Of a stretch of DNA of 64,000 bases, positions 14,814 to 24,693 are shown piece by piece. Origin of the DNA: a virus (taxonomy: Duplodnaviria; Caudoviricetes); the IMG/VR virus record IMGVR_UViG_3300031992_000011. One strand, given 5' to 3'. Under the pieces are notes generated by a model, which saw only the letters and a list, made by a program, of their open reading frames with translations, searched no databases and was not told the DNA's origin. Within the stretch, counting starts at the first letter, position 1; the number at the start of each line of letters is the position of its first letter. The position numbers and the translations under genes are program-made.

Positions 14814-16922
14814 ATGCTATACGACGAAGATATAAAGGCGAAGGAACAAATAGTTGAAGATGCCAAGTTGGTGTTGAAACGCGAGTTTGTCGGTATTGAC
14901 GACATCATTGACGGTGTAATGGAGAATGTGCGAACATGGTACATGTTTCCGAACCTGTACAACCGCCCGCTCATCATCAACCTGTTCGGAATGACAGGTG
15001 TCGGCAAGACAAGTCTTGTGCAGCGCATATCCCAGCTGCTTGATTTGGAAAAGGACTACTATTATTTCAACTTTGGTGAGATAAGCGAATGTACTGCGTG
15101 GGATATTGAAGAGAGAATAAATGACGAGATCAGCGACGAGAAATCGAACCGTGTTTTCGTGTATGATGAATTTCAGTACGCGTCTACCATTGCCGAAGAT
15201 GGAACTGAGAGAGAAAAGAGAAGCGGACTTAAACCGTTCTGGGAACTTATGGACGCAGGAAAGATGCACAAGCGGGACTCGGTTTACCTGTACAGTTCGT
15301 TATTCAGCACCGCCAATTATCTTATACGCATAAATAACGTGTGCAGAATACAACTTGAGAACGGCGCTTGGGTTAACCGCGACGAATGCCTCTCACATTT
15401 CGGCGAATACGAGATTTCCAGATTCAGCACAGTCCTCAACACAAGAGGCGCGAGCGGAGCCCCAACTGAACGACCGAATGCCATTGGAAAAATTGAAGCC
15501 GATGGAATGGGCAGTAATCTCCCAAACAACATGCCGAGCAAGGGAAGCATGCAATCATTCATATTGACAGCGGACACATTCTCCACAATCGTAAGGCGGT
15601 CTCGCAGGAGCAGAAGGGACACTGACAGTTACATAGAACTCTTCAACGAGTTTTGCACATACGATATAGACCAACTGATCGCCCGGATTGTCGACGTGTA
15701 CAACATGGCGTGCAAGGGATTTGATCTGGATTTTCACAATTCTCTCATCTTTGTCTTGGCGAACCTTGACGAGGCGTACAACATGACGTTCAACCTGAAC
15801 CCGGACATGTCGGCCGACACTTTCCATAAGATGACGAAAAATATCTCCATCGTCAACATCAAGAAGGCGCTGCAGAAAAGGTTCAGAAACGAGCAGATTG
15901 CGCGTTTGGGCAACATACATTTCATATACCCTTCATTGTCAAGCAAGACTTACCGCGAGATAATACGCCGAAACCTTGACAAGTTCACGGTTGAATTCCG
16001 TACAATGACCGGAATAGAGGCTTCTTATGACAAGAAGATTGTTGACCTTATATACAAAGACAGTGTGTTCCCGACGCAGGGGACGCGTCCGGTATTCTCG
16101 ACAATATATGATTTCGTGAACTCGAAGGTGTCAAACATCATCATAGACATATATGACACGGGTATAACAGCGCAGTCAGTACACTTTACCGCAAGCGGAA
16201 GGATGACAAAGGTTGTCGTCACAAGCGGTGACTGTCAAGGAAAAAAAGTGTTCAAGTACAAGAACGTAATCCGTGTCGACTCATTGAGGGACACGAAGAA
16301 GGACACACAACAGGCGATAGTGGCACTTCATGAGAGTGGACACTTTGTCACCTATCTCCTCACCTTCGGCAAGACGCCGGAAAAACTTGTGTCGCGCACA
16401 GCGAATGACGGCGACGGAGGGTTCATGCAGCATTTCGCCGATGACGATGTATCGTCATTCACCAAGATAGGTCTTAAAAGACATCTGATCGTTCTGCTCG
16501 GAGGATATGCCGCAGAGAAGATGTTTTTCGGCGATGACCACATGACGGGCGGCGCCTGCTCGGATCTGGAATCTGCGACAAAACTGGCCGTCAGGATGGT
16601 CCGTGAATACGGGATGGGGTCGTTCAAGTTCACATCAACGACAATGTCTTCACCGATGCATGAGAGGATGATACTTCTTGACCATGACAGGAAGAAGCAC
16701 GTCGATGACGAGGTCAACAGGTTAATAGAAGGCGCGTACAGTGAGGCGTGCGAATATCTCGACAAGTGGCGGAGCATATTAAAGGAATCTGCCGAGTATC
16801 TGTGCACACATTCATCCATGCCAAAGGAGATAATGGAAAAATTGTTCAAGAAAATACCGGCAGAAGCGATAGGGGAGAATTTTGACAGGCAGTTTTATAT
16901 GGATATGATACATAAAATCTGA
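14814..16922 (+). CDS. AAA+ ATPase fused to M41 (FtsH-type) zinc peptidase, no TM anchor
   Basis: Walker A GMTGVGKT, Walker B VYDEFQ, HESGH, LLGGYAAE, GACSDLESAT. Confidence 0.85.
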   Translation: MLYDEDIKAKEQIVEDAKLVLKREFVGIDDIIDGVMENVRTWYMFPNLYNRPLIINLFGMTGVGKTSLVQRISQLLDLEKDYYYFNFGEISECTAWDIEERINDEISDEKSNRVFVYDEFQYASTIAEDGTEREKRSGLKPFWELMDAGKMHKRDSVYLYSSLFSTANYLIRINNVCRIQLENGAWVNRDECLSHFGEYEISRFSTVLNTRGASGAPTERPNAIGKIEADGMGSNLPNNMPSKGSMQSFILTADTFSTIVRRSRRSRRDTDSYIELFNEFCTYDIDQLIARIVDVYNMACKGFDLDFHNSLIFVLANLDEAYNMTFNLNPDMSADTFHKMTKNISIVNIKKALQKRFRNEQIARLGNIHFIYPSLSSKTYREIIRRNLDKFTVEFRTMTGIEASYDKKIVDLIYKDSVFPTQGTRPVFSTIYDFVNSKVSNIIIDIYDTGITAQSVHFTASGRMTKVVVTSGDCQGKKVFKYKNVIRVDSLRDTKKDTQQAIVALHESGHFVTYLLTFGKTPEKLVSRTANDGDGGFMQHFADDDVSSFTKIGLKRHLIVLLGGYAAEKMFFGDDHMTGGACSDLESATKLAVRMVREYGMGSFKFTSTTMSSPMHERMILLDHDRKKHVDDEVNRLIEGAYSEACEYLDKWRSILKESAEYLCTHSSMPKEIMEKLFKKIPAEAIGENFDRQFYMDMIHKI

Positions 16923-17048
16923 CATATTGTCATTTTTTTGCCGTGGTATTGACTTTGCTATATCATATAATGGATTTTTAAATAAAGTACTACAATGTAA
17001 AGCACTTTGTTTATCAGTCAAAAAGACGACACAAAAATTTTAAGGATT

Positions 17049-17495
17049 ATGATATTTGATTTTAGCAAAACACCAATTTTCAGTTTATTTGACCCGTTTG
17101 AGACTTTTGAAGAAATCTTTTCGGATGTACTGAAGGAAAAGAATGGAAAGTTCGACAGCGAAAGAAGTGAGAAGACTTCCATATACAAGGACAACGATCT
17201 TGTATACGAGAGAGAAAAAGAATGGAAGAACGATGAGTTGGTGAAGGACGAAGAGAAAGGACGTGACACACTGAAGTCGCTGACCGGACGCAATGACAAG
17301 CGTTCATGTGAAAAAAAGTCGGAAACTTCGGAAGATACCAAGAGTACAGGCATCATGCTTGCAAAGAAGGACAAGTACATAAACACTCTTATCGAGAAGA
17401 ACAGAAAACTCAAGGCGCTGAACGATCATCTCTCCGAAGAAAACGAAAGACTGCGCAACAAAATAAAACAAGCACACGACAGTCTCAGACCATAA
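17049..17495 (+). CDS. hypothetical protein with C-terminal coiled coil
   Basis: ORF 17007..17495, ATG start at 17049. Confidence 0.7.
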   Translation: MIFDFSKTPIFSLFDPFETFEEIFSDVLKEKNGKFDSERSEKTSIYKDNDLVYEREKEWKNDELVKDEEKGRDTLKSLTGRNDKRSCEKKSETSEDTKSTGIMLAKKDKYINTLIEKNRKLKALNDHLSEENERLRNKIKQAHDSLRP

Positions 17496-17558
17496 AGGGA
17501 TTTTTTCTGCATAGTATGTTCAGGTGCGTTTGACAATTTTGGCATTCGCACTTGTTTT

Positions 17559-17613
17559 TTAACAATTTTACACACAAAAAATTTTGAAAAAGGCAAAGTT
17601 CAATGTAACTTTG
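17559..17613 (+). promoter_or_regulatory. Bacteroidota-type promoter
   Basis: TTAA 17559, TTTG 17583, TAACTTTG 17606. Confidence 0.75.
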
Positions 17614-17634
17614 CGGTGTCTTATAAATGGTAAA

Positions 17635-18729
17635 ATGTCAAACAAGGATTATTACAACATACTTGGTGTCGGAAGGGACGCGACGGATGAAGACATAAAA
17701 AAAGCGTACAAGAAACTTGTGCTGCAATATCATCCTGACCGTCAACAAGGTAAGACTGACAAGGAGAAGGAGATTGCAGACGCCAAATTTAAGGAAATAA
17801 ACGAGGCATACCATATATTGACAGACAGCACCAAGCGGAAACTTTACGACACATACGGAACAGTCGATGAACAGGTGGATGAAGGCATGGGACACATGTC
17901 AGATTTCATGCGCGAATTCATGAGACGGAACGGTTTCACCGAAAATGGATTCCAAAACAAGTCAATGGGCAGCAATATTGAAGTACACGTCAATCTGACT
18001 GTCGCGGAGATTCTTGGCGGAAAGAAGAAGGAAGTGACGTTCAAACGTGCACGGAAATGTGTACATTGCAACGGGACCGGGTCAGCTGACGGGAGAGAAT
18101 CGAAATGCCCAAATTGTGGAGGTACCGGATTTGTCACAAGGTTCCACAGGAGTGGATTCGGCGCGGTACAACAGACGATGACGTGCCCTTCCTGTGGGGG
18201 AAGCGGAAAGGTGGTCACATCACCGTGTCATCATTGCGGGGGAAGTGGGCTCGAAGACAAGGAAGACAAAATCTCATTCAACATACCTATAGGTGTTTGT
18301 GACGGAGCATATACTGTGTTCTCTGGATATGGGGATGAATCTCCCGACGGCGGACCGGCAGGTGATGCGATACTCATATTCCACATCGACATGCCTGACG
18401 GTTTCTCCGTAGGGAAAGCGGCAATGCAATACGGAATACCGACGTCTGACATATACAGTATCGTCGGTGAGATCAACGTGCCTATATTAGACTGCATAAC
18501 GGGCGGGGATGTAAAATTCGTACATCCCGACGGAAAGAAGATAAAGTTCAAGATAGGCAAATGCACTGAGGACGGAACAAGCGTCAGGATGGCAGGAAAG
18601 GGACTTCCTCGGAAAAATGGAACCATGGGGGACTTATATATGGTGATACATGCCAAGATGCCGAAAACGCTCAATTTCGACGACATAAAGAAAATAAACG
18701 AACTTAAAAAAAGTAATTCGTTCAAGTGA
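17635..18729 (+). CDS. dnaJ: DnaJ (class A) chaperone
   Basis: DYYNILGV, HPD, four CxxCxGxG repeats, GDLY. Confidence 0.95.
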   Translation: MSNKDYYNILGVGRDATDEDIKKAYKKLVLQYHPDRQQGKTDKEKEIADAKFKEINEAYHILTDSTKRKLYDTYGTVDEQVDEGMGHMSDFMREFMRRNGFTENGFQNKSMGSNIEVHVNLTVAEILGGKKKEVTFKRARKCVHCNGTGSADGRESKCPNCGGTGFVTRFHRSGFGAVQQTMTCPSCGGSGKVVTSPCHHCGGSGLEDKEDKISFNIPIGVCDGAYTVFSGYGDESPDGGPAGDAILIFHIDMPDGFSVGKAAMQYGIPTSDIYSIVGEINVPILDCITGGDVKFVHPDGKKIKFKIGKCTEDGTSVRMAGKGLPRKNGTMGDLYMVIHAKMPKTLNFDDIKKINELKKSNSFK

Positions 18730-18730
18730 T

Positions 18731-19177
18731 ATGATACACTCATGCGGAATCATACCGTTCAGGGTCAACGATGACGGAAAAATGGAATTTTTCGTCGGAC
18801 ATCCGGGTGGATGGAACAGGGATTACTGGGCAATGCTGAAAGGGCAGATGGAGGACGGCGAGAACGCGTCCGAGTCCGCAGTAAGGGAATTTACCGAAGA
18901 GAGCGGTGTGGACCTGTCGTCTTGCCGCAGTCAGATGCTGATACCGTTGGGCTCGGTGATGCAGAACCCCAAGAAAATGGTGACGGCATTCGGTTTGCAT
19001 TTTCCGGAAATAGACCCGGAAAAGTGCCATTCCAACATGGCAGACAATGGTCTGAATCCGGAGATAGACAGTTACCGGTGGATGACAATGGACGAACTTG
19101 CACATAAGACCCATGCCACACATATTGTCTTTTACGAGAAGTTGTTGTCGATGGCAGAAAACGAAGAAAAGATATGA
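18731..19177 (+). CDS. Nudix hydrolase
   Basis: Nudix box KGQMEDGENASESAVREFTEESG. Confidence 0.9.
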   Translation: MIHSCGIIPFRVNDDGKMEFFVGHPGGWNRDYWAMLKGQMEDGENASESAVREFTEESGVDLSSCRSQMLIPLGSVMQNPKKMVTAFGLHFPEIDPEKCHSNMADNGLNPEIDSYRWMTMDELAHKTHATHIVFYEKLLSMAENEEKI

Positions 19178-19755
19178 GGATAATTACCGGAAAAGACGCG
19201 ATATTCTATACCGACAGTTATGACGTGGTGCTGGTTGGGACAAGCGTGTACAATATGCTGACAAACGGTTTCCAATCCAAGATACGGTTCAAGTATCCGA
19301 ATGTGCGGGACGCAAACGACAGGACGGGATACGGCGATCTCAGGAAACTCGGCACACGTCTCACAGTTGACTGTGGAAGCACGCAAGTCTCATTAATGTA
19401 TGTGTCGAAATTTCCGAACAGCCGGCGTGTTTTCGTGGACTACGACGCGCTGAGGAACGCGCTTCTTACTGCACGGAAAGAATTTAACGGGAAACGGATA
19501 ATGACAACCGTTGTGGGTTCTACACCTTTCGACGGAAACGGAGACAAGGAGACATGCCTGTCGATAATTTCTGACTGCATGAACGGGGTCGATATTGATG
19601 TCTACGACTACGAACAAGTCCCGAGACTCGTCGAACTTGAACATTACAGGAAAATGTTAAGCGGAAAGAGGCAGACAGAACCCGAAAAATACGACAGGAT
19701 GAGATCCGAATGGGACAAATTGATGGCACGCATATACCTTCAGTCACAGAAATGA
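19174..19755 (+). CDS. macrodomain-like protein
   Basis: IITGKDAIF...IRFKYP...KLGT...VDYDAL...GNGD pattern resembling phage Poa1/Tk.4-type macrodomains. Confidence 0.55.
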   Translation: MRIITGKDAIFYTDSYDVVLVGTSVYNMLTNGFQSKIRFKYPNVRDANDRTGYGDLRKLGTRLTVDCGSTQVSLMYVSKFPNSRRVFVDYDALRNALLTARKEFNGKRIMTTVVGSTPFDGNGDKETCLSIISDCMNGVDIDVYDYEQVPRLVELEHYRKMLSGKRQTEPEKYDRMRSEWDKLMARIYLQSQK

Positions 19756-19758
19756 CAT

Positions 19759-20310
19759 ATGGCTAAGAAGAATACATACAAGAAAAAACCGCTATTCGAC
19801 GAACCGAGGATAAACGGAGAAATCACATGTAAAGGTTCTGTGAGAGTCGTGTTCAAGAGCAGAGAGAATGAACAAGAGTCTTTCAATCAGGTGATGAGTA
19901 TCGACGCCGCAAGGTCTGAGGCGGCATCTAGGTCGCTCGACCTAATTGAAATCAACCCTTCAACGACACCTCCCATATTGCGTATAGACAATTACTCTAA
20001 GTATCTGTTCGAGCAGAAAAAGAGAGTGAAGGAGAACAAGAAACCGTCGCAGCAAGTCAAAGAGATACAATTGTCGACCAACATATCCGAGCACGACATG
20101 GAGACAAAGGCCAAGATGGCCGAACGCTTCCTGTCCGAAGGGGACAAGGTCAAGGTTGTACTGAAAATGCGCGGGCGCGAACTTGGGCGACGCGAACAGT
20201 CCAAAAAATCCATACTCTTATTCATGGACCGACTTGCCGATGTCTCGCTGCCGGAGAGCATGCCGCGTGACGAGGGCAACAAGTGCATCGTCATACTCAA
20301 GAAAAAATGA
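19759..20310 (+). CDS. infC: translation initiation factor IF-3
   Basis: RINGEI, LDLIEI..PP, KEIQLSTNISEHDMETK, FLSEGDKVKV..RGRE. Confidence 0.92.
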   Translation: MAKKNTYKKKPLFDEPRINGEITCKGSVRVVFKSRENEQESFNQVMSIDAARSEAASRSLDLIEINPSTTPPILRIDNYSKYLFEQKKRVKENKKPSQQVKEIQLSTNISEHDMETKAKMAERFLSEGDKVKVVLKMRGRELGRREQSKKSILLFMDRLADVSLPESMPRDEGNKCIVILKKK

Positions 20311-21149
20311 CAAGGAGACTGAACACACGGACCACAGACAAGCCGATACCGCGTATGACTGACGCCCTGTCGGCCTACTATGCGGACATACGCAAATACC
20401 CGCGTCTGAACAAAGACGAGACGTGCCGTCTGTTCAGTGAGATGCGTCTCGGCGGCGAGGCTGCTGACAAGGCACGCGAGAGCGTCATATACAGACTTCA
20501 GAGATTTGTAGTTTCTGTCGCCAGATGCTACAGCAAGTACGGGGAGATGAGCGACTTGATAAGTGAAGGCAACTTGGGCCTGATGCGCGCCGTTGAACTG
20601 TACAATCCGGAATCAGGGAACGAGATCACATCATACGCCGTGTTCTGGATAAGGAAATACATCATCCAATACATCACCGACCAAGTCCCTCAGGTGCGTC
20701 AGAAGAACACCACAAGGAGGGTGACGTATTCAACAAAGGCAAACAGCCTGTTCTTCACCGAGCACGGGCGCTTCCCGACAGAGACCGAATTGGCCGATTT
20801 CATAGAGGAGAGATATGGGGAGAAGATAAGGGATGCTTCAGACCTCACGCAATTGTCATTCATCTCTTCTGACACTGAGTATGGAGAGGGCATTTTCGGC
20901 AGTGTCACCCAAGACATCGGAAAAAAGATGAACGAAGAAAAGAACCGGCATGACGTGGAAGTGATGATGTCTTCCCTGAACGACAGAGAGCGTGACATCA
21001 TAATGTCATACTACGGGATAGGGGGACAGAACGAGGAAAGCGCACTCGAGATAGGCGCACGCCTTTCACTCAGCGAGGAACGTGTCAGACAGATACACAG
21101 GGACGCAATCAAAAAACTCAACAAGAAATATGGCAAAAATCAAAATTAA
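20307..21149 (+). CDS. RNA polymerase sigma-70 family factor
   Basis: DLISEGNLGLMRAVE, SYAVFWIR, region 4 LNDRERDII...ERVRQI. Confidence 0.9.
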   Translation: MTRRLNTRTTDKPIPRMTDALSAYYADIRKYPRLNKDETCRLFSEMRLGGEAADKARESVIYRLQRFVVSVARCYSKYGEMSDLISEGNLGLMRAVELYNPESGNEITSYAVFWIRKYIIQYITDQVPQVRQKNTTRRVTYSTKANSLFFTEHGRFPTETELADFIEERYGEKIRDASDLTQLSFISSDTEYGEGIFGSVTQDIGKKMNEEKNRHDVEVMMSSLNDRERDIIMSYYGIGGQNEESALEIGARLSLSEERVRQIHRDAIKKLNKKYGKNQN

Positions 21150-21642
21150 ACTCAGTCAACTGCAGTTGTCGGCAATTGCAGGTATCTACGTCAAAAAAAT
21201 GGACCTTGACATCAAGGGGGCGTATGTGGACAGGAATGTCAGAGCGATAAAGGCGTTACTCAAGAACGTGACGATGGACGAATACACCGAAGTCAAGGTG
21301 AAAGACAATCTTGCGTCCATACAAGAGGCGGCGGAACATGACACCCAAACAATGAACAGTCTCGACGCAGTTGTGTGCATGAACGGCAAAGACTTATTCG
21401 GCGGAACAGACCCGATAGTCGCACTTCTGCTTGCGAGCGGTGATTTCGAGAAATACGGTATTGACGGCGCAACGATTCCGGCGGACGTCAGGGACAAGTA
21501 CGTTGAGGCGATGGATTACATCTCCGACAATCTACCGCATATCGAGGAAATAATCCACCAGTTCTGCACAAAGGGAGGAATCAAGGCGGACACAGAATAT
21601 TGGTGTCTTGACCACGAGCACATTTGGCATGAGGGGAATTAG
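21130..21642 (+). CDS. hypothetical protein
   Basis: ORF; ATG start at 21130. Confidence 0.7.
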   Translation: MAKIKIKLSQLQLSAIAGIYVKKMDLDIKGAYVDRNVRAIKALLKNVTMDEYTEVKVKDNLASIQEAAEHDTQTMNSLDAVVCMNGKDLFGGTDPIVALLLASGDFEKYGIDGATIPADVRDKYVEAMDYISDNLPHIEEIIHQFCTKGGIKADTEYWCLDHEHIWHEGN

Positions 21643-22043
21643 AAACTGTTGTAGGTTCGGAGTATCTTGTAGACCTCGCGCAGACATTTAGCGTTCGGCC
21701 ACGGCCTTTTACCCGCAAGTATCTTTGAACCCCAGCTGCGCGCAGTGTCCGAATCGCAGCCGAGGACTTCCTCCCATATCGGGGCCATGTCAATCTTCTT
21801 GTCCTTAAGCATCCCGACGACCGCTTTTTCGAGGTCTGACTGGTTTTTATACCCAAACCAATCCTTATCCGACGCGTTACTGTCGTCAGAATCGGTGTCG
21901 TCGTCTTTCTCCTCGTTCAACGATTGGACATGTGAGTATACCGACTCGGAAACAATACCGCGGACTCTACGGCGTAATATTTCATCCTCAACCGCCTCAC
22001 GGATGATGTTTTGAAGTGCGCTGCTGTTTATGACCATTTTCAT
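21639..22043 (-). CDS. leader-family protein (tandem leader copies)
   Basis: INSSALQNIIREAV...VRGIVSESV...LNEE; TATTTAT at 22082-22088 (minus). Confidence 0.8.
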   Translation of the reverse strand: MKMVINSSALQNIIREAVEDEILRRRVRGIVSESVYSHVQSLNEEKDDDTDSDDSNASDKDWFGYKNQSDLEKAVVGMLKDKKIDMAPIWEEVLGCDSDTARSWGSKILAGKRPWPNAKCLREVYKILRTYNSF

Positions 22044-22204
22044 TATGACATTCTGTTTTTGTGAATGTGCTGTATGCGATTATAAATATGTTTCAACACG
22101 TTAAAAAATATTAAGATAACCGGTAATGTTGACAAAATTCGGCACATCGGAGTATCTTTAATGTGAATAATAAATTCTAGTTTTTTAATTAATCTAAGTA
22201 GTTT

Positions 22205-23242
22205 ATGAAGAAAACAATTCTGTTTGTCATGGCGGCACTGTTTGCCGTGACAATGAACGCGCAAAGCGTCAATGATGACCTCTATGTAGGACTCAAGGGT
22301 GGAGCAAGCGGTCTTGTGCATCCCGGTTGCAACGGGTACGAGAACTTCGGGCACACAATCGAGGGTCTTGCCACACTCGAGTTTGGCAAATGGATCACGC
22401 CAAGCGTTGCGTTTGGCATCGAATCCACCGCCGGTTTTGAGAACGGGAGCAAGTTCGGTAGATTCCAGGGGAAGAACTGGCTTAACTACGTCGACGTCCT
22501 TGCCGTGACGAAACTGAATCTGAACAATGTGTTCCGCGGATACCGCGGATATGCGGACAAGGTTGAGTTCGTTCCTTCGGTCGGTATCGGTTGGGTGCAC
22601 GGATTCACATATGGGGCAACGGAGAAGACAAACCACACTAATGACATCATGACAAAGTTCGCCTTCGATGTTGCGTACAATGTAGGCAAGCATGTGCAGT
22701 TGAATTTCACCCCATTCCTTTCGTACAATCTGACAGGCGGATATCAGGGACAGAACAACCCCCGTTTTGACAGCCGTAACGCTTGGTGGGGTGTCGAGGC
22801 CGGTGTCGCATACAAGTTCGGCAAAGGACTCCGCACTTGTGGAAAGTACACACAGGATGACATTGACGCCCTCAACGCGAAGATCGACGAATTGAGAAAC
22901 AGGCCGGCAGAGGTTCAGTATGTTGACCGCGAGAAGATCGTCGAAAAAGAGAAGGTTGTCGAGAAACCAGTCTATAAGGACATCGTGATAGACTTCCGTA
23001 ACAATTCGTGGGAACTCGAGTCCTACCAGCAGGCGATTCTCAGGACAATCCCCGCAGGTTTCAAGGTGTCTATCGTGGGCAGCGCGACAAAGTTCGGCAA
23101 CATCTGGCGCAACGACGAGCTGGCAAAGAACCGCGCAAAGGTCGTGGCCGACTATCTGAAGGCGCGTGGAGTTGAGGTTGTCGACTGCAAGGGTGTCGGA
23201 ACCGACCTCAACGGCCGAGTGGCAATCGTGAAAATCCAATAA
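22205..23242 (+). CDS. OmpA-family outer membrane protein
   Basis: Signal peptide, beta-barrel strands, C-terminal OmpA domain NDELAKNRAKVVADYL. Confidence 0.88.
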   Translation: MKKTILFVMAALFAVTMNAQSVNDDLYVGLKGGASGLVHPGCNGYENFGHTIEGLATLEFGKWITPSVAFGIESTAGFENGSKFGRFQGKNWLNYVDVLAVTKLNLNNVFRGYRGYADKVEFVPSVGIGWVHGFTYGATEKTNHTNDIMTKFAFDVAYNVGKHVQLNFTPFLSYNLTGGYQGQNNPRFDSRNAWWGVEAGVAYKFGKGLRTCGKYTQDDIDALNAKIDELRNRPAEVQYVDREKIVEKEKVVEKPVYKDIVIDFRNNSWELESYQQAILRTIPAGFKVSIVGSATKFGNIWRNDELAKNRAKVVADYLKARGVEVVDCKGVGTDLNGRVAIVKIQ

Positions 23243-23268
23243 GAGTTTTATTCATTGGTTAGTTGTTT

Positions 23269-23302
23269 GGGCTGATTTGGGTGTAACCCGGTCAGCCCTT
23301 TT
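23269..23302 (+). terminator. intrinsic terminator
   Basis: GGGCTGATTTGGG/CCCGGTCAGCCC + T4. Confidence 0.7.
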
Positions 23303-23314
23303 GCAATAAGACAG

Positions 23315-23713
23315 ATGGCACAAATAATAAGATATTGCAAGACAGAGGAGGAACATCACGAGGAGAACGCATTTGACTGCTCAAGACCCGGAATATTCGG
23401 AAATCCATACACCCATATCAAAGGCAAGAAGACACTTGCGAGCGTTGTCGTCAAGGATAGGGAAGAGGCCATCAGGATGTTCGACCCGTATTTTGACGCC
23501 GTGATGAGCGGAGACGACTCGTTTTCTACGGCATTTCGGGAAGCGTTCGAAGAAATGTACAGGATGTACAAGAAGCATGGTGTCGTTTATCTCGGATGCT
23601 ACTGCAAAAGAAACGAGACATGCCACTGTGACGTCATACGCAAGAAACTGATGGAAAGGTCGCTTAGGGACAGGATAGACGAGATAAGGCGCATCAGAGA
23701 CGAACGTCAATGA
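23315..23713 (+). CDS. DUF4326-like protein
   Basis: RPGIFGNPY...REEAI...LGCYCK...CHCDV. Confidence 0.8.
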   Translation: MAQIIRYCKTEEEHHEENAFDCSRPGIFGNPYTHIKGKKTLASVVVKDREEAIRMFDPYFDAVMSGDDSFSTAFREAFEEMYRMYKKHGVVYLGCYCKRNETCHCDVIRKKLMERSLRDRIDEIRRIRDERQ

Positions 23714-24036
23714 ATGTCCCTCATGAAGAACGGATTCTCCTTGAGGGACTCAATGATTCGCTCAACCTCGGCACAATGTTCCGAGAAGTGCAGCACGTCA
23801 TCATCAGACAGCGCGAACCATTCATTCAACTCATTCTGCGAATAGAAACGGTTGTGAAGCATTTTCTCAACTCTGAATGGATAGTCTGAGACGTGCAGAT
23901 GCACAAAGAATAATTCAGTTCCGTTGCCGGTCTGAAGTTTCTTGAGTCTCTTGGACGGGGAACCAGTCGTCACGCCTATTTTGTACAGAGAACTCACAGG
24001 GTCACATATCAGATATACAGTTCCTTGCTTTGCCAT
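23707..24036 (-). CDS. GIY-YIG (T5orf172/MUG113-like) nuclease
   Basis: VYLI..YKIGVT..RLKKLQTG..EKMLH..EWF. Confidence 0.85.
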   Translation of the reverse strand: MAKQGTVYLICDPVSSLYKIGVTTGSPSKRLKKLQTGNGTELFFVHLHVSDYPFRVEKMLHNRFYSQNELNEWFALSDDDVLHFSEHCAEVERIIESLKENPFFMRDIH

Positions 24037-24047
24037 ACAAATAAAAT

Positions 24048-24449
24048 ATGAGCAACATTAAGAAGTTTTTCAACGTCTCGATGGACACCGTCAGGGAAGT
24101 GTTCACAGGAACCACGCATCGCAGACGATTATTCGCGCTCTCGTTCTCGATGGAGGTGGTGGCGCTTTTGACGTCATCATATCTGTTCGGGACGCTTCTG
24201 GCACTGGCAGCATGCCCGGTTGGTGAGTTCATACACGTGAACTGTCCAAGAAAGTACACCAAGATATTTTGGTGGGAGATTGACGTTCCTGACCTGTCAG
24301 GTTTTATGGAGAGGTTAAAAGACGACATCGTGCACGGACAAGTAAGCAAAACGGACGAATCCAACATCAGATTCGGCGTCGCAGGAGTCATCGTGGGCAT
24401 CATTTTCTATATTTTGATACGCATAGTGCTTCATTTTTGCTTTAATTAA
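24048..24449 (+). CDS. membrane protein
   Basis: Hydrophobic segments. Confidence 0.65.
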   Translation: MSNIKKFFNVSMDTVREVFTGTTHRRRLFALSFSMEVVALLTSSYLFGTLLALAACPVGEFIHVNCPRKYTKIFWWEIDVPDLSGFMERLKDDIVHGQVSKTDESNIRFGVAGVIVGIIFYILIRIVLHFCFN

Positions 24450-24516
24450 CATTTTTATTGCGGTAAATAATATTTTTTTTATTACCTTTGCGAGCAAAAC
24501 ATAACGAATAAACACT

Positions 24517-24693
24517 ATGGCAAACGACACGAAGAAGCTCGAGCAAGAAATATCGACACTTTCCAAGGAAGTAGGAAAGATGTCCGACACAATGAAGGAA
24601 AGCAACCGGGTGCTGCAGCAATTGGTGAGGCAGATGGAAAAAATCACCGAGCGCATGACGCAGCAGAACGAACTGTTACGCAACGGAAAATGA
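24517..24693 (+). CDS. small coiled-coil protein (58 aa, not on ORF track)
   Basis: MANDTKKLEQEISTLSKEV...; follows TACCTTTG at 24483; ATGA-coupled to the next gene. Confidence 0.7.
   Translation: MANDTKKLEQEISTLSKEVGKMSDTMKESNRVLQQLVRQMEKITERMTQQNELLRNGK

Noticed and set aside
22043-23239. 398-aa minus-strand ORF
   Set aside because: Antisense shadow of the OmpA gene; the same applies to most overlapping ORFs on the track, e.g. 58594..59037
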